Below are positions 9,193-17,203 of a DNA stretch of 35,436 nucleotides, piece by piece. A model generated the notes under the pieces. It saw only the letters and a list, made by a program, of their open reading frames with translations. It made no database searches and was not told where the DNA came from. The stretch's first letter is position 1. Each line of letters opens with the position of its first letter. The stretch lies in the IMG/VR virus record IMGVR_UViG_3300045988_138852; one strand, given 5' to 3'. The position numbers were made by a program, and so were the translations under genes. This DNA comes from a virus.

Positions 9193-9365
9193 TACCACAA
9201 GCTAGATTAATAAATTACGCAAGCAATTTCCTTGAATCGGAAATAGAGAATATCGAGAAATTGCTAAAGGATGAAACAGTCGATGACGCAAGTAAGGATA
9301 TATTGAACAAGCTTTTAAAAGAATACAAGCACGATTTAGAAGTGATTGAAAGGGAGGCGGTGTAG
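9189..9365 (+). CDS. Hypothetical protein (58 aa)
   Basis: ATG 9189 in ATGA overlap with the upstream stop. Acidic helical sequence. Confidence 0.45.
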   Translation: MIPQARLINYASNFLESEIENIEKLLKDETVDDASKDILNKLLKEYKHDLEVIEREAV

Positions 9366-9375
9366 CGTGCAAAAA

Positions 9376-9681
9376 ATGACAATATACATCAGCGGTAGGA
9401 TTACCGACTATGACGACTACGAGAAGACTTTTAAAGAGGCAAAGGAAATGCTCTTTGACGAGTATCCTGGGGCAGAGATTATTAACCCAGCTGAAATAGT
9501 ATTGCCAGAGGTCTGCGATTGGGATGACTACATGGTGATATGCTTAAGGCTCTTGGATAAGGCAACGCACATCTACATGCTGGACAATTGGGTGCATTCA
9601 AAAGGCGCTTGCACTGAGCACTTATACGCACTAAAGAACGGCATAGAAGTTTTATGGCCAGAGAGTTCGCCATACAGATAA
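9376..9681 (+). CDS. DUF4406-like protein (nucleoside 2-deoxyribosyltransferase-like fold family)
   Basis: MTIYISGRITDYDDY...IINPAE...WDDYMVICLRLL...IYMLDNWVHSKGACTEHLYA matches the DUF4406 pattern. Confidence 0.6.
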   Translation: MTIYISGRITDYDDYEKTFKEAKEMLFDEYPGAEIINPAEIVLPEVCDWDDYMVICLRLLDKATHIYMLDNWVHSKGACTEHLYALKNGIEVLWPESSPYR

Positions 9682-9697
9682 CAGATAGGAGCAGGTA

Positions 9698-10021
9698 ATG
9701 GGTAATAGAACGAAAGCAATGAAATATATTGCAGATCACTATGGATACATGGGTCAGAAGGACATGCTGATAGAAGAATTGGCCGAACTCATACAAGCTC
9801 TTAACAAATTCGAGAGGTATGAGCACGAAAGCGGATTTCTTGCCAATCTGATTGAGGAAGTCGCTGACGTAGAGATCATGTTAACACAAGTCAAATATTT
9901 GCTAGGAATTAATGAGCGCGTAGAGCATGCAAAGTTTTTCAAAATCGATAGACAAATAAAGCGAATCGAGGAGGGAAGAACGGAGCGAGGTGATAGCCAT
10001 GATAGACTACGAACAGATTAA
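9698..10021 (+). CDS. MazG-like nucleotide pyrophosphohydrolase
   Basis: LIEELAELIQAL and LIEEVADVEIMLTQV (EExxE...ExxD metal-binding helices). Confidence 0.7.
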   Translation: MGNRTKAMKYIADHYGYMGQKDMLIEELAELIQALNKFERYEHESGFLANLIEEVADVEIMLTQVKYLLGINERVEHAKFFKIDRQIKRIEEGRTERGDSHDRLRTD

Positions 10022-10415
10022 GCAGCTTAAAGCATTGCGACGAGAAGCAGAGGGGTTAAAGTATTCTATCGACCATGCTAAGCCGGAAATAGTCACAGAC
10101 TACTACAAAGACTACCGAACGGGAAAAGGAATCCCTAAATCGCTTATAGGAGTCGATTTTGACTGGAAAGATATATCGAGTAGGGAGAGACGGTTAAAAC
10201 GCAAGCTAGACGAAATTAGCAAGCTAATTGAGACTATAGAAAAAGAGATAGAAGCTATAGGCGACCCGGACATGAGGACAATACTTCGGATGTACTACAT
10301 AGAGGAGCGTTCGCAGGAGGAAGTGGCAGATGTCATGCATTGTGACAGAACTACAGTATCTAAGAGATTGAAGAAACTTGCAACAAATGCAACAAAAAAG
10401 TGTGATATATTGTAA
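9999..10415 (+). CDS. Sigma-70 region-4-like HTH regulator, probable late-gene activator (ArpU/RinA/DUF1492-type position)
   Basis: ILRMYYIEERSQEEVADVMHCDRTTVSKRLKK is a region-4-type HTH. It is the last gene before the packaging module. ATG 9999 after aggtga. Confidence 0.55.
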   Translation: MIDYEQIKQLKALRREAEGLKYSIDHAKPEIVTDYYKDYRTGKGIPKSLIGVDFDWKDISSRERRLKRKLDEISKLIETIEKEIEAIGDPDMRTILRMYYIEERSQEEVADVMHCDRTTVSKRLKKLATNATKKCDIL

Positions 10416-10484
10416 CCAGTAAAAAGATGATTCTTGTATCTTAAAACTTTCACACATTTCACGTTTTTGATGTGATATATTGTA
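10401..10484 (+). repeat. Exact 14-nt direct repeat tgtgatatattgta (10401-10414 and 10471-10484), 70 bp apart
   Basis: Read directly. Related copies are tgtgatatt at 10568 and tgtgagatat on the minus strand at 10521-10530. Confidence 0.8.
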
Positions 10485-10543
10485 TTTAGCGAAAAGGGAA
10501 TTGTGGCTTCCTCAAAATTTATATCTCACATAATAACCAGCAG

Positions 10544-10570
10544 AAGGCGCCTATATATGGCGTCTTTTGT
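10544..10570 (+). terminator. Rho-independent terminator ending the early/middle operon
   Basis: aaggcgcc / ggcgtctt 8-bp stem (one G-U), 7-nt loop tatatat, T-rich tail. Confidence 0.6.
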
Positions 10571-10634
10571 GATATTTCCCAATATATTGTGGGTATATAG
10601 ATATTAGGCTATGTGTAGGCCCATATGTAGTGAC

Positions 10635-10664
10635 TTGTATTTGCCATTCATTGAATGGTAAAAT
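10635..10664 (+). promoter_or_regulatory. Sigma-70-type promoter with extended -10 for the Panacea cassette
   Basis: ttgtat (10635-10640), 18-nt spacer, tg-g-taaaat (-10 at 10659-10664). Confidence 0.45.
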
Positions 10665-10706
10665 AGTCTATACATAGCATTATGTTTTGATAGAGAGGAG
10701 GCCGAC

Positions 10707-11165
10707 ATGAAAAGAACAGTTTTTGATGTAGCAAATTGGTTTCTGTCAAAGGAAAGCATGACACCAAAGAAGTTACAAAAGCTAGTTTATTATGCGTATT
10801 CTTGGTACCTAACGCTTGTTAATGAAAGCAAGGACGATTTGACGGCTAAACTATTCACCTCGCGTCTCGAAGCATGGGTCCACGGCCCAGTTTTCCCAGA
10901 ACTTTACCAAAAATATAAGGGATATAGTGGCGAAGCTATAGAACTATATGATGGAGTAATAGAAGAATTCAATGAGGATGCAAAAGATATTCTTGACCAG
11001 GTTTGGGAAGTGTATGGTGGATATACAGGCAATCAGCTGGAGAGCATTACTCACAGAGAGTCACCTTGGCTCAATGCAAGAGGTGGATGCAGCACATATG
11101 AGATATGCACTAACGAAATAAGTGATGCTGATATTTTTGATTGCTATATAGAGAGAGTATCCTAA
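10707..11165 (+). CDS. Panacea-domain (DUF4065, SocA/GepA-like) protein; PanA-type antitoxin candidate
   Basis: PKKLQKLVYYAYSWYLTL ... LEAWVHGPVFPELYQKY matches the DUF4065 core. Strong RBS gagaggagg. Confidence 0.75.
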   Translation: MKRTVFDVANWFLSKESMTPKKLQKLVYYAYSWYLTLVNESKDDLTAKLFTSRLEAWVHGPVFPELYQKYKGYSGEAIELYDGVIEEFNEDAKDILDQVWEVYGGYTGNQLESITHRESPWLNARGGCSTYEICTNEISDADIFDCYIERVS

Positions 11166-11169
11166 CGCC

Positions 11170-11745
11170 GTGTCAAAAAAGGGTAAGTCAAAAAAAAGAA
11201 AAGTTAATAACAGGGAAGACGGCAAGGCTAATGTAAAGAACCTTAACGAACCAAAGAATGAAGAAAAGGGACTAAAATTCGATTTTTCTTTTGAAGCCCT
11301 GTACTACTCAGTGAGATTGAGTAAAGGCAAATTCAATAATTACCTAAAGAGCGAAGGGGAATTTATCGATAAGTTTAGGCAGATAAGAAGCATAAATGCA
11401 AAGTTAAAAAACAAGGCGTTTAGCGAGGTCAAAAATGATCCAGGAGCCCATTTCCATGTAGTTAGCGGTGAAGAAAGAGATATCGTTACTAACTGTGTTG
11501 GTCACGCCTTATCCAATTTTGACGAATCATGCAATGTGTCGAATTTTATTGAGCAACTATTAGGTAACGAAACTATATATCAAATAGGACTCAATAAAGG
11601 CGTCAGAGTAATAGGGACATATAACGAGGAGACATTTAGGGTTTACCTAATCGATTACCATCACAGACTGTATTACAACCAAAGTAAAAATACGCATGGG
11701 GAAAAGGAACTGACCTTTTGTCCGATGAAAAGTGAATTAACCTAA
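11170..11745 (+). CDS. Unassigned 191-aa protein coupled to the Panacea gene; toxin/effector candidate
   Basis: A 576-nt open frame in a roughly 33-37% GC stretch. GTG start 4 nt after the upstream stop, and no in-frame ATG until near the C-terminus. Lys-rich N-terminus. C-terminal VRVIGTYNEETFRVYLIDYHHRLY. Confidence 0.6.
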   Translation: MSKKGKSKKRKVNNREDGKANVKNLNEPKNEEKGLKFDFSFEALYYSVRLSKGKFNNYLKSEGEFIDKFRQIRSINAKLKNKAFSEVKNDPGAHFHVVSGEERDIVTNCVGHALSNFDESCNVSNFIEQLLGNETIYQIGLNKGVRVIGTYNEETFRVYLIDYHHRLYYNQSKNTHGEKELTFCPMKSELT

Positions 11746-11773
11746 AGACACTTCGAAAGAGGTGTCTTTTTTC
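11744..11773 (+). terminator. Rho-independent terminator closing the Panacea cassette
   Basis: aaagacac / gtgtcttt 8-bp stem, 10-nt loop, tttttt tail. Confidence 0.65.
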
Positions 11774-11810
11774 ATACTTACAAAACAGACGAAAAGAGAG
11801 GTGGTGAGGC

Positions 11811-12506
11811 TTGGCTGAAAAATATGAACTAGCAAAACAAGATTATATGAACGGCATGAAATACAAAGACATTGCCGAGAAATATGGCGTTAGTCTCAAC
11901 ACTGTCAAGTCGTGGAAGAAGAGATATAACTGGGAGCGAAAAGGGTGCACACAAAAAAAGAAAAAGGGTGCACACAAAAACTCGATTGCGCAACTCGGGA
12001 ACAAAAATGCGACAGGAGCCCCAAAGGGGAACAAGCGAGCTGAGAAATTTGGGTTCTTCTCCAGATTCTTGCCAGAGGAAACTCTTGAGATTGTACATGC
12101 TGTTGACCAGGCAAGTCCACTCGATTTATTGTGGCACCAGATACAGCTTGCTTATGCTGCGATTATAAGAGCACAAAGGATTGCTTATGTTGAAGACCAA
12201 AGAGACAAGACAGTCGAGCAGGTCGAAGCCAAGGCAGGAGCTACGATAGGGTCTAAGTGGGAAGTGCAGCAGGCTTGGGATAAGCAAAATAACTTTCTCA
12301 AAGCACAAGCTAGAGCCCAGGGTGAATTAAGGAACCTGATTAAGCAATATGACGAGATGCTGCATAGGGATTGGGACCTTGCTACAGAGGAACAGAAGGT
12401 GCGAATTGCGAAGCTTAAAGCTGAGACGAGCAGAATAGGTGGAGATGATGAAGTTGAGTTCTTAGATGATATAGAGGGGGATGTATATGGCGATAATAAG
12501 GCGTAA
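11811..12506 (+). CDS. terS: Terminase small subunit (N-terminal HTH)
   Basis: TTG start after ggtggtgagg. YKDIAEKYGVSLNTVKSWKKRYNW is an HTH typical of phage terS. Directly precedes terL with overlap. Confidence 0.7.
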   Translation: MAEKYELAKQDYMNGMKYKDIAEKYGVSLNTVKSWKKRYNWERKGCTQKKKKGAHKNSIAQLGNKNATGAPKGNKRAEKFGFFSRFLPEETLEIVHAVDQASPLDLLWHQIQLAYAAIIRAQRIAYVEDQRDKTVEQVEAKAGATIGSKWEVQQAWDKQNNFLKAQARAQGELRNLIKQYDEMLHRDWDLATEEQKVRIAKLKAETSRIGGDDEVEFLDDIEGDVYGDNKA

Positions 12507-13824
12507 GACAATCCCTTTTAATTTTTCCGAAAAACACAAGGAGTACATGAGGCGGTCGGCTGAGTGTATGTATAACATCGCAGAAGGAGCAATAAGAGCG
12601 GGTAAGACCGTAGACAATGTGTTTGCTTTTGCGCACGAACTCAAAACGGCTAAGGATAAATTGCATCTTGCTACTGGGTCTACTGTTGCAAATGCCAAGC
12701 TTAATATTGGCGATGCGAATGGCTTCGGGCTTGAGTATATCTTTCGTGGACAAAGCAGATGGGGCAAATATAAAGACAATGACGCATTGTTTATAAAAGG
12801 ACCATCAACAGGTGGCAGACAGAAGGTTGTAATCTTTGCGGGCGGTGCGAAAGCAGATAGCTTTAAAAAGATTCGAGGCAATTCGTACGGAATGTGGATT
12901 GCTACAGAAATCAATTTGCATCACGATAACACTATCAAAGAGGCATTTAACCGTACTGCTGCAGCAAGTAAACGCAAATTCTTTTGGGACTTGAACCCAG
13001 ATAATCCAAATGCAGATATTTACACTGAGTATATCGATAAATACTCAGAGAAAGCGGCAAGAGGGGAATTGCTTGGTGGATACAACTACCAGCACTTCAC
13101 GATTGACGATAACATTAACATTTCGGAAGAGAGACGAGCCGAGATAAAGAGTCAGTATGATCAGACCTCGATTTGGTATAAAAGAGATATTCTCGGATTA
13201 AGGTGTATAGCCGAGGGGCTTATATACAGGAATTTTGCAGACAACCCTAAAAGGCATATTTGGACGGATTCAATTCCTCGAATCATGAATATCTACATCG
13301 GAGTCGACTTTGGTGGAACAGGCTCTGCACATTCTTTCGTGGCAACAGGGATTACATCCGATTACAAGAATGTGATTAGTTTGCTATCGAAAAGGATTCC
13401 GTGTATAGATGCTGAGATACCACCCACGATGTTGGAATCGATGTTTTGTGACTTTGTTCGTGAAGTCATTAACCGATATGGTACCGTTACAGACATATTT
13501 TGTGACAATGCAGAACAAACACTTATTGCAGGTTTTAGGCAGGCATTAAGGCAAAACGGACTTGGATGGATACGCATTCATAATGCACTGAAAGACGAGG
13601 TTAACAACAGAATCAACCTTACCGCTAGGCTGATGGCTCAAGGGCGGTTTTTTTATGTCGAAAACTTGAGCGAATCGTTGGTTCTAGCTTTGAGTACGTG
13701 CATCTGGGACCCAAAGGAAAAAACAAAGAACGTAAGACTTGATGATGGAACGAGCGACATAGACTCACTAGATAGCTTTGAGTATACAATCGAGCGTTTC
13801 GCAAAGAGATTGATAGATTATTAG
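12487..13824 (+). CDS. terL: Terminase large subunit
   Basis: Walker A-like EGAIRAGKT, with ATPase and nuclease halves of expected size. ATG 12487 is better spaced from agaggggg than ATG 12481. Confidence 0.85.
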   Translation: MAIIRRKTIPFNFSEKHKEYMRRSAECMYNIAEGAIRAGKTVDNVFAFAHELKTAKDKLHLATGSTVANAKLNIGDANGFGLEYIFRGQSRWGKYKDNDALFIKGPSTGGRQKVVIFAGGAKADSFKKIRGNSYGMWIATEINLHHDNTIKEAFNRTAAASKRKFFWDLNPDNPNADIYTEYIDKYSEKAARGELLGGYNYQHFTIDDNINISEERRAEIKSQYDQTSIWYKRDILGLRCIAEGLIYRNFADNPKRHIWTDSIPRIMNIYIGVDFGGTGSAHSFVATGITSDYKNVISLLSKRIPCIDAEIPPTMLESMFCDFVREVINRYGTVTDIFCDNAEQTLIAGFRQALRQNGLGWIRIHNALKDEVNNRINLTARLMAQGRFFYVENLSESLVLALSTCIWDPKEKTKNVRLDDGTSDIDSLDSFEYTIERFAKRLIDY

Positions 13825-13834
13825 GAGGCAGTAT

Positions 13835-15214
13835 ATGTTTCACAGAATAATAGAGTGGATTAGAAAGGTTTTTAAGGAGCGTGCAGTACAAGGAGAGGTG
13901 CTTAGTACAATTGTCCTAGATGACAAGACAATCGATTACATAGAGTTGTGGTCTGCGATGTATGAAGACAAAGCACCATGGATAAAGGATGATGTGACAA
14001 GCACAGGCATTCCCTCTGCGGTGTCATCGGAACTAGCAAGACTCGTTACGCTTGAGATGGAATCGGAGATTATCGGAAGCAAACGAGCTGATTTTTTAAA
14101 CGCAGCATACCGAAAGGTTTTATCAGAACTAAGGATTCAGACGGAGTATGCGTGTGCGCTTGGAGGAATCATCCTTAAGCCTTATGTACAGGGCGATACA
14201 ATATCCGTTGAATTTATCCAGGCAGATAGATTTGTTCCTACAGGATTTAATAGCTCTGGACAGATAACCTCTTGTCAGTTTGTTGAGCAGGTGGTTCGTA
14301 ACGGAAAGATATACACTAGAGTCGAATCACACGATTTTGATGGAAAGTATTGCGTTATTCAAAACAGAGCTTATGAGAGTAAGCAAAAGGGCGTGCTTGG
14401 TCATCAGATAAATTTGACTGATGTTCCGGAATGGGAGAATCTTGAAGAGCACACGACAATTAAAAATGTGCCGGGCGTATTATTTTCATACTTCAAAATT
14501 CCACAGGCAAATAACAAGAATAGGCAAAGTCCATTCGGAGTGTCTGTCTATTCAAAAGCTGCTGAACTTATTAAGCAGGCTGATGAGCAGTGGGCACGTA
14601 TCATGTGGGAGTTTAAAGGTACGGAACTAGCTGTAGATATGTCCGAGTCACTGTTCAGAAAGGACAGTAACGGAAATACTATTTTGCCCTCTGGCAAAGG
14701 GCGACTATTCCGTCAGTACAGCATAGATACAGGCATATCCGAAAAACCTTTTTATCAAATTTTCAGTCCTGAGATAAGAGACTCAAGTTTATTTAACGGC
14801 TTTAATCAGATATTAAGACGTATTGAGTTTTCATGTGGTCTAGCGTATGGGACATTATCCGATGTTCAAGACGAGGACCGAACGGCTACAGAGGTTTTGT
14901 TTAGCAAGCAGAGATCATATTCTTTCGTATCTCAGATTCAGGAATCGCTGCAGAGTGCACTAGAGGATTTAATTAAGGCGATGGATGTATGGACGAGCCT
15001 ATACAAGCTCGCACCAGCAGGTTCATACGATGTATCATTTAACTTTGATGATAGCTTGATTGTTGACAGCAAGACGGAACATCAGTTGATGATGCAAGAG
15101 GCCACATCTGGGCTGATTCGAAAAGAAATCTATCTGATGAAAAGGTATGGCGTAACAGAGGAGCAGGCAAAAGATATGCTGCCTGAAACTGTGAGAACGC
15201 CTGAGGAAGAGTAA
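13835..15214 (+). CDS. Portal protein (SPP1 gp6-like)
   Basis: 459 aa, immediately after terL, aggagg RBS. Portal-like sequence features and synteny. Confidence 0.8.
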   Translation: MFHRIIEWIRKVFKERAVQGEVLSTIVLDDKTIDYIELWSAMYEDKAPWIKDDVTSTGIPSAVSSELARLVTLEMESEIIGSKRADFLNAAYRKVLSELRIQTEYACALGGIILKPYVQGDTISVEFIQADRFVPTGFNSSGQITSCQFVEQVVRNGKIYTRVESHDFDGKYCVIQNRAYESKQKGVLGHQINLTDVPEWENLEEHTTIKNVPGVLFSYFKIPQANNKNRQSPFGVSVYSKAAELIKQADEQWARIMWEFKGTELAVDMSESLFRKDSNGNTILPSGKGRLFRQYSIDTGISEKPFYQIFSPEIRDSSLFNGFNQILRRIEFSCGLAYGTLSDVQDEDRTATEVLFSKQRSYSFVSQIQESLQSALEDLIKAMDVWTSLYKLAPAGSYDVSFNFDDSLIVDSKTEHQLMMQEATSGLIRKEIYLMKRYGVTEEQAKDMLPETVRTPEEE

Positions 15215-16905
15215 TGCTTAGCCCTGAATACTTAGCGCAGTGCACATCTTATCTTCTAGGTATGATGGACTTGATTAACGAACAGCTTGTTGCAGACATT
15301 GCGAGACGAATTGTTAAGACAGGTACATTAACCGAAAGTGCACAGTTTGAGGCGGAGAAACTAACGCAGCAAAACATACTATATAAAGATATTGTTAATA
15401 GCATATCTAAGGTATCGGGCTTGACGGAAGCTGAAATTACTAGAGTCTTCGAAGAGGCCAATTTTGAGAACATGGAAAGCGAGAACCTCAGAGCTGCAAT
15501 AGCAGGAAAGACACCTATAGATCATGCGTCAAATGTTGCAATGGGCAACTTGATATCATCTCATATAAGAAAGACTAAAGGCGTGGTTAAGAATCTTACA
15601 AGGACCACTGCTAGTCAAGGACAAAACGCCTTTATTAACGCTGTTAATCTTGCTAATATGCAGGTAAGTTCGGGTGCTTTTACTTATGATTTTGCTATTA
15701 AAAATGCTATCAAGCAGGTCGCAAAATCAGGACTTACCGTACAGTATCCTACAGGTCACATCGACAAGCTAGATGTTGCAGTTCGCAGAGCTGTGCTCAC
15801 CGGAGTAAATCAATCTTCTGCCGAACTTAACATGTTATATTGCGACGAAATAGGCACGGATTTGGTAGAGGTTACCGCACATTCTGGAGCGAGACCGTCA
15901 CACGCCGATTGGCAAGGCGGGGTATACAGTCTTAGTGGTAAAAGCAAGGGATATGGCTCTTTTTATGATATTACGGGCTACGGTACGGGTGAAGGACTTT
16001 GTGGATGGAACTGCAGACACAGTTTTTACGCTTACTACGAAGGGACTGAGAGAACTTACTCGAAGGAATACCTAGATAGTTTGGATAGCAAAACCTATGA
16101 ATATGGTGGAGAGACATACACTAATTACGAAGCAGGACAGAAGCAGAGATCATATGAAAGAGCAATTCGAGCAGAAAAGAGATACTTGGCTGGTTTGAAT
16201 TCTGCTTACAACGAGACAAAAGATGATACCTTAAGGCAGAGCATAAAATACGAGATGGAGAGCACTGCGGTCAATTTAAAGCGTAAGGAAGCGGAGCTGA
16301 AACATTTCTGCAAGGCCACAGATAGGCGCGTCGATACGACTAGAACTCAAGTTCATGCCGTAAAAGATGCGTCCGGTAAGATTGTAGGATTTGATAGAAG
16401 TGCTGCACAAAGGGCAAGGAATGTAGCAATTAAGCACCATATAGATTGGTTAAAGTCAATCGGAGCTGAAAGCAGCGAATTAAAAGTGCTTGACAAATAC
16501 TATGATGCCAAATATAATAATTCTCCTGCCTATAAGAATCTAATGGATTATAGATTTTTGGTAAGCAAAGGAGAGATAAGCCCACTGCTGAGTTATAAAG
16601 TATATGATGCGTATAGTAGAGCCGTGCAAAATAATTTAGTGGGAGTACAAACACCGTTAGGTTTACAGATAGAAGGATATGCGTCTCATTTTGTTGGAAG
16701 AGTGATTGGGAATTCGGCATTAAACCAGAAATATAATAGACCTGGTGTTTCAATTGAGGCTTTGATTGATTGCTTGAAATCGGGAAGAGTTGGAAAAGAA
16801 CAAGTAAGCAAATTAGGAGAGCGCAGCATTCTTTTGAAAAGTGATAAATGCAACATAGCAATTAATCCGGATAAAAGAATACTGATACAGTGTAACTCTA
16901 AATAA
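15214..16905 (+). CDS. MuF/SPP1 gp7-like minor head (morphogenesis) protein with an approximately 180-aa C-terminal extension (toxin-like)
   Basis: VTAHSGARPSHADWQGGVY and GWNCRHSF are MuF-family motifs (residues about 1-380). Residues 381-563 are extra and AT-rich. Confidence 0.8.
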   Translation: MLSPEYLAQCTSYLLGMMDLINEQLVADIARRIVKTGTLTESAQFEAEKLTQQNILYKDIVNSISKVSGLTEAEITRVFEEANFENMESENLRAAIAGKTPIDHASNVAMGNLISSHIRKTKGVVKNLTRTTASQGQNAFINAVNLANMQVSSGAFTYDFAIKNAIKQVAKSGLTVQYPTGHIDKLDVAVRRAVLTGVNQSSAELNMLYCDEIGTDLVEVTAHSGARPSHADWQGGVYSLSGKSKGYGSFYDITGYGTGEGLCGWNCRHSFYAYYEGTERTYSKEYLDSLDSKTYEYGGETYTNYEAGQKQRSYERAIRAEKRYLAGLNSAYNETKDDTLRQSIKYEMESTAVNLKRKEAELKHFCKATDRRVDTTRTQVHAVKDASGKIVGFDRSAAQRARNVAIKHHIDWLKSIGAESSELKVLDKYYDAKYNNSPAYKNLMDYRFLVSKGEISPLLSYKVYDAYSRAVQNNLVGVQTPLGLQIEGYASHFVGRVIGNSALNQKYNRPGVSIEALIDCLKSGRVGKEQVSKLGERSILLKSDKCNIAINPDKRILIQCNSK

Positions 16906-16924
16906 TTTGGGGAGGTGGAAATAT

Positions 16925-17137
16925 ATGGAAAGTATTTTGATTTATAAACCTGATGACTTCAGGTACTTGAAGAAATATTATAGTGAAGAATATCTAAAAA
17001 ATGCATCGAAATCGGACTTCTTGGATGCTATGAATGAGAAAATCATGGAAGTAGGTTTTGATGATAAATTGGAATTTTATAATGACGAGGGTAAAAAGCT
17101 CCAGGAAATATATGACAATATTTACTATATGAATTAG
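16925..17137 (+). CDS. Small acidic protein (70 aa); candidate immunity protein for the MuF C-terminal domain
   Basis: ATG 16925 lies 5 nt after ggggaggtgg. About 30-33% GC. Followed by two terminators. Confidence 0.55.
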   Translation: MESILIYKPDDFRYLKKYYSEEYLKNASKSDFLDAMNEKIMEVGFDDKLEFYNDEGKKLQEIYDNIYYMN

Positions 17138-17174
17138 TATCCTAAAACCATAGGCGAGTTTATCCCAATGATAT

Positions 17175-17203
17175 AAACACACTCAGGCAGGGTGTGTTTT
17201 TTA
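17175..17203 (+). terminator. Intrinsic terminator 1 after the MuF/immunity pair
   Basis: aaacacac / gtgtgttt stem, 9-nt loop, tttttt tail. Confidence 0.5.

Noticed and set aside
11829-12308. Cluster of five alternative-frame ORFs (60-98 aa) on both strands within terS
   Set aside because: All are nested in the terS frame, which has an HTH and an RBS. They arise from the A/G-rich repetitive linker region, and none has an RBS.
12415-12914. 112- and 150-aa minus-strand ORFs spanning the terS/terL junction
   Set aside because: They are antisense to two well-supported packaging genes. They have no RBS and implausible composition.
16430-16861. 143-aa minus-strand ORF antisense to the MuF C-terminal module (considered as an alternative immunity gene)
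   Set aside because: It has a TTG start with no RBS (upstream sequence attcttttatccggattaa). Its translation is Cys/Leu/Phe-rich. The downstream plus-strand 70-aa ORF has a strong RBS and is the better immunity candidate.
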